Origin: Candidatus Saccharimonadota bacterium
GTDB lineage: Bacteria; Patescibacteriota; Patescibacteriia; 2-12-FULL-60-25
Direction: 5' to 3'
Assembly: GCA_022843095.1 (NCBI GenBank)
Contig: JALHOH010000001.1
Span: 480,001 to 512,000 of the forward strand
Length of the DNA stretch: 32,000 bases
In this document: one piece after another, positions 14,230 to 21,274 of the stretch
Layout of the letters: every line of letters begins with the position of its first letter
Position numbering within the stretch: the stretch's first letter is position 1
The notes under the pieces: generated by a model
Database searches by the model: none
Told to the model about the DNA's origin: nothing
What the model saw: the letters and a program-made list of their open reading frames with translations, nothing else
Position numbers and translations under genes: made by a program

Positions 14230-15234
14230 ATGACGAGCACCCCCCGTTCGTCCAAGAACGCTTCGGCCCCGCCGAAGCGGAGTGCACGACGCGCCCTTCC
14301 GCGCGTCGTCTTTGTTGTTGGGCCGACCTCAAGTGGAAAGACAGCACTTGGGATCGCGATTGCAAAAGCGTTAGACGGGGAGGTGATTAACGCGGACGCG
14401 CGACAGGTCTATCAAGGATGTGCCATTGGGACCGGCGTGCCAGAGGGGGGCGTGCGAACGACGTACCAAGGCCATCCCTGTTATTTGGTGGACGGCGTTC
14501 CACATTATTTGATGGATTTTTTGCCGCCGACAGAGGCATATACCGTTACGGAGTGGCGAACCAAGGCGTTGAAGGCGATTCGTGCGATCGCGCGACGCGG
14601 TAAGCTGCCGATCGTCGTGGGGGGGACGGGGATGTATATCCAGGCGTTGGTGGATAATTTTTGGATCCCTCCTGTTGCACCCGAGCCGGCATTTCGCGAA
14701 GCGATGGGGCAGAAACCTCTTTCTGAATTGGTGGCGTTGTTGCAAAAGTTAGATCCGGAAGCCGCACGAACCGTGGATCTGAAGAATCCGCGGCGCGTGA
14801 TTCGTGCGTTGGAAGTGGTAACGTATTCCGGAAAATCATTCGCCAAACAACGACGACGTCGTGCGCCCGTGGTCCACGCCTATCAAATTGGTATCGCGCG
14901 CGAAAAAGAGGAATTGCATGCGCGGATCGATCAGGCGGTGGAGCAGATGATCGAACGCGGCTGGCTGGATGAGATTCGTGCGCTGCGCGAAGAGGGTGTG
15001 GAATGGGATGCGCCAGCCATGACTTCGATTGGGTATCGCGAGCTTGGGGCGTATTTGCGTCGTGAGACGACCCTCGAGTCCGCAATCGCAGCCGTAAAAA
15101 AGGCAACAAAGGAATATACCAAGCGGCAGCGAACCTGGTTTAAGCGAGATGGTCGGATCCAATGGGTGACGTCGGTAGAAGAAGGGGTGACGCAGGTTCG
15201 TGCATGGCTGGCGCAAAAAACAGCGACACGATAA
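14230..15234 (+). CDS. miaA: tRNA dimethylallyltransferase
   Basis: P-loop VVGPTSSGKTALGIAIAK, then INADARQVYQG..IGTG, with overall IPPT family layout. The N-terminus has a basic extension. Confidence 0.9.
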   Translation: MTSTPRSSKNASAPPKRSARRALPRVVFVVGPTSSGKTALGIAIAKALDGEVINADARQVYQGCAIGTGVPEGGVRTTYQGHPCYLVDGVPHYLMDFLPPTEAYTVTEWRTKALKAIRAIARRGKLPIVVGGTGMYIQALVDNFWIPPVAPEPAFREAMGQKPLSELVALLQKLDPEAARTVDLKNPRRVIRALEVVTYSGKSFAKQRRRRAPVVHAYQIGIAREKEELHARIDQAVEQMIERGWLDEIRALREEGVEWDAPAMTSIGYRELGAYLRRETTLESAIAAVKKATKEYTKRQRTWFKRDGRIQWVTSVEEGVTQVRAWLAQKTATR

Positions 15235-15252
15235 GCTCAAAATCATCGCACT

Positions 15253-15666
15253 ATGTCTTATTGGCTCGTAAAAACAGAACCAGAGGAATATTCCTTTGAT
15301 GCGTTGCTACAAGACCAGGTTGCTTCCTGGGATGGGATCCGGAATTATCAGGCGCGAAACTATCTGAACGAGATGCAGGTTGGAGATCGTGTCGTCGTGT
15401 ATCACAGCGGGGAAGATAAAGAAATTCGTGGGTTCGGAGAAATTGTCCGCGCCGCGTATCCGGATCCAACTGCGGATGGAGGGAATTGGGTCGCGGTTGA
15501 TGTGAAGGCGTTGGTACCGGCCGGTCGTCCGCTTGGATTGGAGGAGATTCGAAACACGCACGGGATCGGCGTCATGCCTCTCGTGACCCAGCCGCGACTT
15601 TCGGTCCATCCGGTGTCCGAAGAGCAGTGGAACGCATTACTGAAATACACAAAAACCACGGTATGA
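15253..15666 (+). CDS. EVE (PUA-like) domain protein
   Basis: 137 aa. Begins MSYWLVKTEPEEYSFDAL......WDGIRNYQARNYLNEMQVGDRVVVYHSG, the typical EVE-domain signature. Confidence 0.8.
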   Translation: MSYWLVKTEPEEYSFDALLQDQVASWDGIRNYQARNYLNEMQVGDRVVVYHSGEDKEIRGFGEIVRAAYPDPTADGGNWVAVDVKALVPAGRPLGLEEIRNTHGIGVMPLVTQPRLSVHPVSEEQWNALLKYTKTTV

Positions 15667-16448
15667 TTCGCGAAGCGGTCATTTTGGCGGGAGGAGAAGG
15701 GACGCGTCTGCGTCCGGTGACCTATGAGATTCCAAAGCCACTCGTTCCGGTCCAGGGGCGACCTATTTTGACGTGGCTGGTGCGTTGGTTTGCGCGTGCA
15801 GGGGTCACGCGTGTACGTGTAATCGCCCCTCGTAAATGGGAGACCGTTTTTTTTGACTGGCAACGGACGCTTTCGCAAACCATCGGATTGGAGAATCCGC
15901 CACGCGTGGATATTTGGGTCGAGCCCGAGGCGATGGGAACGATGGGAGCGCTGGTGCACGAACTCGCCTCTTCGCTCGGGGACGAGCCGCTCTTTGTCTC
16001 GAATGGCGATGAATTAAAGGGGTTGGATTTGCAGACACTTGCGTCCGCACATCGAGTGGCAAAAGGACGCGCTCCAAACCTGCTGGGCACATTGGCGTTA
16101 CGAGAGGTTCCAAATCCTTCCGCCTATGGCGTGGCCGAAATGGAGGGGGAGTTTATCCGGGCGTTTCATGAAAAACCGGCAAATCCGCCTTCGAATTTGG
16201 TAAATGCCGGGTTGTATGTCATTGAGCCCGTGGCGTTTCGACAGGTGAATTCGGATGCGCGCATGTTGATGTTCGAAAAAGATCTCTTTCCGCACGCTGC
16301 TGCGTCAGGTGCCTTGGCCGGGTGTGCCTTGGAGGGGCCATGGTTTGATTGTGGGACGCTGGAGCGCTGGGAGGCGGCGATTCATGGATGGAAAGAGCCT
16401 GAATTTGCACAAAAACCGACCCTCGACGCGGATCAAAAAACGGGCTAA
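15663..16448 (+). CDS. Sugar-phosphate nucleotidyltransferase
   Basis: Starts MIREAVILAGGEGTRLRPVTYEIPKPLVPV (the G-x-G-T-R-x motif). ATG 15663 overlaps the EVE stop codon (ATGA). The track ORF start at 15627 is rejected. Confidence 0.85.
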   Translation: MIREAVILAGGEGTRLRPVTYEIPKPLVPVQGRPILTWLVRWFARAGVTRVRVIAPRKWETVFFDWQRTLSQTIGLENPPRVDIWVEPEAMGTMGALVHELASSLGDEPLFVSNGDELKGLDLQTLASAHRVAKGRAPNLLGTLALREVPNPSAYGVAEMEGEFIRAFHEKPANPPSNLVNAGLYVIEPVAFRQVNSDARMLMFEKDLFPHAAASGALAGCALEGPWFDCGTLERWEAAIHGWKEPEFAQKPTLDADQKTG

Positions 16449-16451
16449 TAT
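16423..16451 (+). promoter_or_regulatory. Candidate promoter for lepB, -10 box 6 nt from the ATG
   Basis: TCGACG (16423-16428), 17-nt spacer, TAATAT (16446-16451), then GGGGGT and ATG 16458. The G-run could alternatively act as a weak SD. Confidence 0.35.
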
Positions 16452-16457
16452 GGGGGT

Positions 16458-17063
16458 ATGCCGCTTTCTTTTAAAGAGGTGGAGCAGGTGACGCAAACGC
16501 CGAATGCACGGGGAAAATTAATCGCATTCGTGTTTGAGTTAGTCCAGGTGCTCGCCATCTCGCTCGCCATCATTTTGCCGGTTCGGTATTTTTTGGTGCA
16601 GCCGTTTATCGTCAAAGGGGAGTCCATGGTGCCCAACTTTTACGATAAAGAGTACCTGATCATCGATGAGCTTTCCTACCGATTCCATCCGCCGGTTCGC
16701 GGAGAAATCGTGGTCTTTCGTTACCCCGAAGATCCCAGTCAGTCCTTCATTAAACGGGTCATTGGTTTGCCTGGGGAAACCGTGGAGGTCGCTTCCGGTC
16801 GGGTGAAGATCTACAACGATGAGCAGCCCAACGGATTTGTCTTGGACGAAGAATCCTATCTGGGTGAGCAGGCGACGATGGGGACGCGTACATTGACCTT
16901 GCAGGAGGATGAATACTTTGTCCTCGGAGATAATCGAGGAGGAAGCCTGGATTCTCGGTTTTTCGGTCCTGTGAAAAAGTCACTCATCATTGGTCGTGTT
17001 TGGGTTCGAGGGTTTCCGTTTGATCGCTGGAAGAAGTTTGAGCCGCCAACCTACTCCAATTAA
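16458..17063 (+). CDS. lepB: Signal peptidase I
   Basis: N-terminal TM segment, catalytic GESMVPN, IKRVIGLPGE, and the GDNRGGSLDSR box. Confidence 0.92.
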   Translation: MPLSFKEVEQVTQTPNARGKLIAFVFELVQVLAISLAIILPVRYFLVQPFIVKGESMVPNFYDKEYLIIDELSYRFHPPVRGEIVVFRYPEDPSQSFIKRVIGLPGETVEVASGRVKIYNDEQPNGFVLDEESYLGEQATMGTRTLTLQEDEYFVLGDNRGGSLDSRFFGPVKKSLIIGRVWVRGFPFDRWKKFEPPTYSN

Positions 17064-17068
17064 TCGTT

Positions 17069-18433
17069 ATGCCAACGTCGAAAAAAGTGGAACCGAAGAA
17101 GGCTGCAGGAACAGAAGAGGGCGCCGCGCCAAAAAAAGGGGCACAGCCCATTCAAACGACGCGCGGAATGCGCGATATTTTGCCAATCGATCAGCCGCAT
17201 TGGCAGCGGATCGCAGAGGTGTTTCAGGCCATGGCGCGTGATTACGGTTTTGAACGGATCGATACGCCCATGGTGGAAGATGCATCGCTCTTCGTTCGCG
17301 GCGTCGGCAAAGTAACGGATATCGTCGAAAAAGAGCTTTTTCAGTGGGAAACCCCCGGTGGAGAACATGTGGCGTTGCGTCCAGAAAATACGGCATCTAT
17401 CGTGCGCGCATACGTTCAGCATGGGATGTTGAATCAGCCGCAACCGGTGCGATTGTGGTACAAGGGGCCATTTTTCCGCTATGATCGTCCGCAGGCCGGA
17501 CGGTTTCGCCAGTTTTTTCAGGGCGGATTTGAAGTGCTGGGAGAAGCGGATGCAGTGATCGATGCGCAGTTGATTCTCATCTCCTACAATATTTTGCGCG
17601 AATTGGGGTTGGACCCGATCGTGAAAGTGAATTCGCTTGGGACGCCAGAGTCGCGCGCGAATTATAAGAATGCGTTGGTGGCGTTTTTCCGCAGCAAGAA
17701 AAACAAGCTGACCGAAGACGATAAGAAGCGCTTGTTGAAAAATCCATTGCGTTTGCTGGACTCGAAAGAAGAGCACATGCAAGAACTGAAGGCGGAGGCG
17801 CCTCAGATCGTGGACTGGTTGGATGAAGAGTCCAAGACGCACTTCATGCGCGTGTTGGAATATCTTGATGAAGCGCAGGTGCCGTACCAGTTGGATCCGT
17901 ACTTGGTGCGCGGGCTCGATTATTACACCAAGACCGTGTTTGAATGGTTTGCGGCAAGCGATGATCAGGAGTTGGCGCAAGCGGCGCTTGGAGGCGGGGG
18001 TCGGTATGACGGGCTCACGGAACTTCTCGGTGGGCGTCCGACACCGGCAGCTGGGTTTGCCCTTGGTCTCGATCGCGTGGTGTCACGGTTAAAGGATCTC
18101 CATCCGAATACCACCACCCAGGTGCGTAAAGTGGATGTATTTTTGGCGCAGCTGGGAGAAGTGGCGCGCAAGAAGGCACTGGTCTTGTTTGAAGAATTCC
18201 GTAAGGCGGGCATCCCGGTCGGGGAGGCCTTTGCTAAAGCCTCGATGAAGGGGCAGATGGAGGCAGCGAACAAGCACGGGGCGAAGTGGGCGATCATCAT
18301 CGGTCAAAAAGAGGTCATGGATGGGACGGCGATTTTGCGCGATATGGATGCGGGAACCCAGGAAATCGTCGATATCAAAAAGGCGGTGCACGAGGTCAAA
18401 AAGAAACTCGGACACATTTCGCCGCAAGCCTAA
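17069..18433 (+). CDS. hisS: Histidine--tRNA ligase
   Basis: 454 aa. Motifs are GMRDILP, RYDRPQAGRFRQFFQ, GGGRYDGL and a C-terminal anticodon-binding region. Confidence 0.93.
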   Translation: MPTSKKVEPKKAAGTEEGAAPKKGAQPIQTTRGMRDILPIDQPHWQRIAEVFQAMARDYGFERIDTPMVEDASLFVRGVGKVTDIVEKELFQWETPGGEHVALRPENTASIVRAYVQHGMLNQPQPVRLWYKGPFFRYDRPQAGRFRQFFQGGFEVLGEADAVIDAQLILISYNILRELGLDPIVKVNSLGTPESRANYKNALVAFFRSKKNKLTEDDKKRLLKNPLRLLDSKEEHMQELKAEAPQIVDWLDEESKTHFMRVLEYLDEAQVPYQLDPYLVRGLDYYTKTVFEWFAASDDQELAQAALGGGGRYDGLTELLGGRPTPAAGFALGLDRVVSRLKDLHPNTTTQVRKVDVFLAQLGEVARKKALVLFEEFRKAGIPVGEAFAKASMKGQMEAANKHGAKWAIIIGQKEVMDGTAILRDMDAGTQEIVDIKKAVHEVKKKLGHISPQA

Positions 18434-18470
18434 CCAAAAAACTCGAGATCAAGGCATCTCGAGTTTTTGG
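18434..18470 (+). terminator. Rho-independent terminator after hisS
   Basis: AAAAACTCGAGAT pairs with ATCTCGAGTTTTT around the loop CAAGGC. Confidence 0.85.
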
Positions 18471-18542
18471 TTATACGATGTGCATAACTCCCGCACAAAT
18501 AGTCGCGATTGTGGTATCCTAGGAATGGTCATTCAGCCACGA

Positions 18543-18571
18543 TTGACGAAGCGGAGGGGCTCCCGTATGAT
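18543..18571 (+). promoter_or_regulatory. Sigma70-type promoter for rpsU-yqeY (and possibly the downstream surface-protein operon)
   Basis: TTGACG (18543-18548), 17-nt spacer, TATGAT (18566-18571). Confidence 0.6.
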
Positions 18572-18631
18572 GCGTCGGACATCGTGTAAGCGATGATCCT
18601 ACACAGAAAGGAGTCGAATCCCTCAAATTCT

Positions 18632-18880
18632 ATGGTTGAAGCCAAACGGAAGAAGGGCGAAACATTTGATTCGCTCTATCGCCGGTTCCAGCGCCGCATG
18701 CAAGACAGCGGTCGCACGCCGGAAGTGAAGCGTCGCCGGTTCCTCAAGAAGGATCAGAACAAGAATCAGCGTCGGGACAGTGCCTTGCGCCGCGAAACCA
18801 AGCGCGCAGAGTACGCGTACCAGCTGAAGACCGGACAGGTAAAAGAAGAGTTCGGCCGGTCTCGTGCCCGCCGAACGTAA
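18632..18880 (+). CDS. rpsU: 30S ribosomal protein S21
   Basis: Starts MVEAKRKKGETFDSLYRRFQRRMQDSGRTPEVKRRRFLKK..., the S21 signature (..sfd.alrrFkr......g...e.rrr.f). It is highly basic. The start is chosen inside ORF 18593..18880. Confidence 0.85.
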   Translation: MVEAKRKKGETFDSLYRRFQRRMQDSGRTPEVKRRRFLKKDQNKNQRRDSALRRETKRAEYAYQLKTGQVKEEFGRSRARRT

Positions 18881-18892
18881 CGCGTGATCAGC

Positions 18893-19339
18893 ATGACCAT
18901 CCTTGAACGCGTGGATCAGGACTTTAAGGGGGCGATGAGAGCCAAGGACGACCTTGCGCTTTCCGTCCTCCGATTGCTCCGGACCGCGCTCAAAAACAAG
19001 CAGATCGAACTCATGCACGACCTTGCGGATACAGAAGCGCAAGCCGTGCTGAAGACGATGGTCAAGCAATATTCCGAGGCGCTCGCAGACTTTCGGTCTG
19101 CGGGTCGACTCGATCTCGCGGAGCGTCAGGCGCGTGAAATCGACCTGCTCTCGAAGTATTTGCCGCCATCGATGCCACCGGAAGAGCTTGAACGCCTTGT
19201 GCGGGAAGCTCTTGCGGAGCAAGCGGTGACCGACGTCGGTCGTGCCATGGGAATCGCTATGAAAGCGGTTCAGGGCAAGGCAGACGGTGCGGAAGTCCGG
19301 CGTGTTGTGGAAAAGCTTCTTGGAGGAAGCGGACAATAA
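18893..19339 (+). CDS. yqeY: GatB/YqeY domain protein
   Basis: Translation is MTILERVDQDFKGAMRAKDDLALSVLRLLRTALKNKQIE...LLSKYLP..M..EEL...V.... The rpsU-yqeY adjacency is as in Firmicutes. GTG 18884 is an alternative start. Confidence 0.8.
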   Translation: MTILERVDQDFKGAMRAKDDLALSVLRLLRTALKNKQIELMHDLADTEAQAVLKTMVKQYSEALADFRSAGRLDLAERQAREIDLLSKYLPPSMPPEELERLVREALAEQAVTDVGRAMGIAMKAVQGKADGAEVRRVVEKLLGGSGQ

Positions 19340-19366
19340 CAAACGTGGTTTGAATCTTTCTTTCCC

Positions 19367-21274
19367 ATGCTTGAGAAAGGTTCCGTCATCGCAGCCGTGA
19401 GCCAGCGCATCCTTCGTTGGATGCTTTTGGCGATGGCTGCGTTTGCGTTTTGCGCCGTCCTGACGGATACGGCCTATGCCCAGGCTCTGACCGGGCAGCA
19501 AAACGTCGCGGAAATCGCCCAGGCCGCAGGGGTCGAGGCGAATGCGGATCTCCCGACCGTGATCGGCCGCATTATTTATATCTTTCTCGGGTTGCTTGGG
19601 GTCATTTTGTTGGGAATTTTGTTATACGCAGGCTATTTGTGGATGACGGCCGGAGGGAATGGCGACCAAATTGAAGATGCGAAAAAATACATCCGAAATG
19701 CCGTCATCGGATTGATCATTATCGCCTCGTCGTTTGCCATCACCTCGTTTATTTTGAGCATGCTCGCGGATGCCACGGGGGCGGGCGGAATCGGTGGAGC
19801 GGGAGGGGGCGCCTCCGGCGGAACCTTTCCGGGTCGCGCGGGTTCGCTTGGAGCCGGGGTCATTGAATCCCATGTGCCAGCGCCGAATGCCACCAATGTG
19901 GCACGCAATACCAGCATTATCGTGACGTTTAAGGTGCCGATGCAGGTGGACACCTTGATCCAAGGATGGACCGAGGCGACGTCGAACACCGCGAACGGAT
20001 TGAATGCAACGAACATCCGGATTTATCCGACCGGAGCGGCAGCGCAAGCGTTGCAGACCGCGCAGGTGCGCGTTCGCATGACGGAAGATCGTCGCACGTT
20101 CGTGTTTAAGCCCGTGGAACTGTTGGGTAGCGCTTCGCAGAACACGGATTATACGGTCGAGTTGTTGTCCGGGATTCGTCGGGCCGATGGACGCGCAGCC
20201 TTTACGGGCTCCTTTTCGAGCGGCTATCGATGGCAGTTTCAGGTCTCCACGGTCACGGATACGACGCCACCGAAGGTGGAATCTGTGGTCCCGGTGTCCG
20301 GACAGTATGCGCCCAACATTGTCGTTCAGGTGAACTTTAACGAGCCGGTTGATCCGACGAGTGCGAGCGGATTGTATCGACCGCCGGGTGCAAGTTTTCC
20401 GAACATCCAGGTTTCTTCGGTACCGATTTCAACGCCGGGTGCCGCGCCATCACGTCCCGCTGGAGAATTTAAGCTGTCGAACCAGTATCGCACCGTCGAA
20501 TTCGTGACCGAGTCGCCGTGCACCTCGCCCGTCAACTCCTGCGGTCAGCAAATCTTTTGCCTTCCATCGAATGCGTCGATTACGACCTTGCTTCGCGCTG
20601 CGACGCTGTCGACGAATCCGCCGGAAGCCGTGTTCACCGGTTCGGGGTACGATGGGATTGTGGACTTGGCCGGAAACTCATTGGATGGAAACGGAGACAA
20701 TGTCGCTCAGGGACAAGGGCGCGACGACCGTTCATTCACCTTTGGCACGTCGGATCGTCCAAACCTGGATGCGCCAAAAATCATCGGGACAACTCCGCAA
20801 GCGGGCGTTTCAGCGCAAACAAATAACGTGAGTCCAGATGTACGAATTTCTGCAACGTTTGATTCAATTCTGCGTTCGTCTACGGTGCATTCCGATTCGG
20901 TATATCTCACGCGTCAAAATGAGCGTTCTGGTGATGATTCGTTTTGGTGGTCCTCCAGCGTTGAAACGCTGAGCGCAGCACTTGGGGCACCGTCTGCTGC
21001 AAATCCGCCCGCGCGTGGCCGTCTTACGGTCAATCATCGCGTGTTTGAGCGATGGACGGATCCACGAGCACCTGCACCGATCTACGCGCCACACGTACTC
21101 TCTTCAGTCCAGAATATTTACCAGAACTGTTTTGTACCAGCAGGCGCTGTTGATCTTGCTGATCCGAATAATCCGGCAAATCCGTTGAATTGTTCCGCAA
21201 ATAGCACCAATCCGAATTGTTGTGATAACCGCGCGCAAGGGGCGAGCTGTCCTTTCCGCGCTCCCGCTCCATGA
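19367..21274 (+). CDS. Surface protein: signal peptide, TrbC/VirB2-like pilin hairpin, Gly-rich linker, then SbsA-type Ig-like (Big_5-like) modules
   Basis: Signal peptide ...AFCAVLTDTAYA-Q. TM1 is IIYIFLGLLGVILLGILLYAGY, the loop is LWMTAGGNGDQIEDAKKYIRNA, and TM2 is VIGLIIIASSFAITSFILSML. A GAGGIGGAGGGASGG linker follows. Repeated P..A.NV..N..I.V.F..P(M/V)-type modules follow. Its stop overlaps the next ATG (ATGA at 21271-21274). Confidence 0.8.
   Translation: MLEKGSVIAAVSQRILRWMLLAMAAFAFCAVLTDTAYAQALTGQQNVAEIAQAAGVEANADLPTVIGRIIYIFLGLLGVILLGILLYAGYLWMTAGGNGDQIEDAKKYIRNAVIGLIIIASSFAITSFILSMLADATGAGGIGGAGGGASGGTFPGRAGSLGAGVIESHVPAPNATNVARNTSIIVTFKVPMQVDTLIQGWTEATSNTANGLNATNIRIYPTGAAAQALQTAQVRVRMTEDRRTFVFKPVELLGSASQNTDYTVELLSGIRRADGRAAFTGSFSSGYRWQFQVSTVTDTTPPKVESVVPVSGQYAPNIVVQVNFNEPVDPTSASGLYRPPGASFPNIQVSSVPISTPGAAPSRPAGEFKLSNQYRTVEFVTESPCTSPVNSCGQQIFCLPSNASITTLLRAATLSTNPPEAVFTGSGYDGIVDLAGNSLDGNGDNVAQGQGRDDRSFTFGTSDRPNLDAPKIIGTTPQAGVSAQTNNVSPDVRISATFDSILRSSTVHSDSVYLTRQNERSGDDSFWWSSSVETLSAALGAPSAANPPARGRLTVNHRVFERWTDPRAPAPIYAPHVLSSVQNIYQNCFVPAGAVDLADPNNPANPLNCSANSTNPNCCDNRAQGASCPFRAPAP
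19547..19768 (+). other. TrbC/VirB2-like two-helix pilin-type domain (copy 1)
   Basis: Two hydrophobic helices flank the LWMTAGGN loop. By eye it is roughly 55-60% identical in protein to 21418..21639. Confidence 0.65.

Noticed and set aside
18607-18626. The sequence GGAGTCGAATCCCTC, which resembles a tRNA T-arm, was considered as a possible tRNA or tmRNA fragment in the hisS-rpsU spacer.
   Set aside because: No complementary T-stem, acceptor stem or anticodon arm can be built from the preceding 70 nt. The AAAGGAG within it may instead be the SD of rpsU, although it lies about 18 nt from the chosen ATG.
19367-21274. The pilin-hairpin proteins were considered as evidence of a complete type IV secretion or conjugation system.
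   Set aside because: No VirB4/VirD4 ATPases, VirB6/8/9/10 components, relaxase or coupling protein are encoded in this window. Only the VirB2-like module is present, so a secretion-system call is unsupported.
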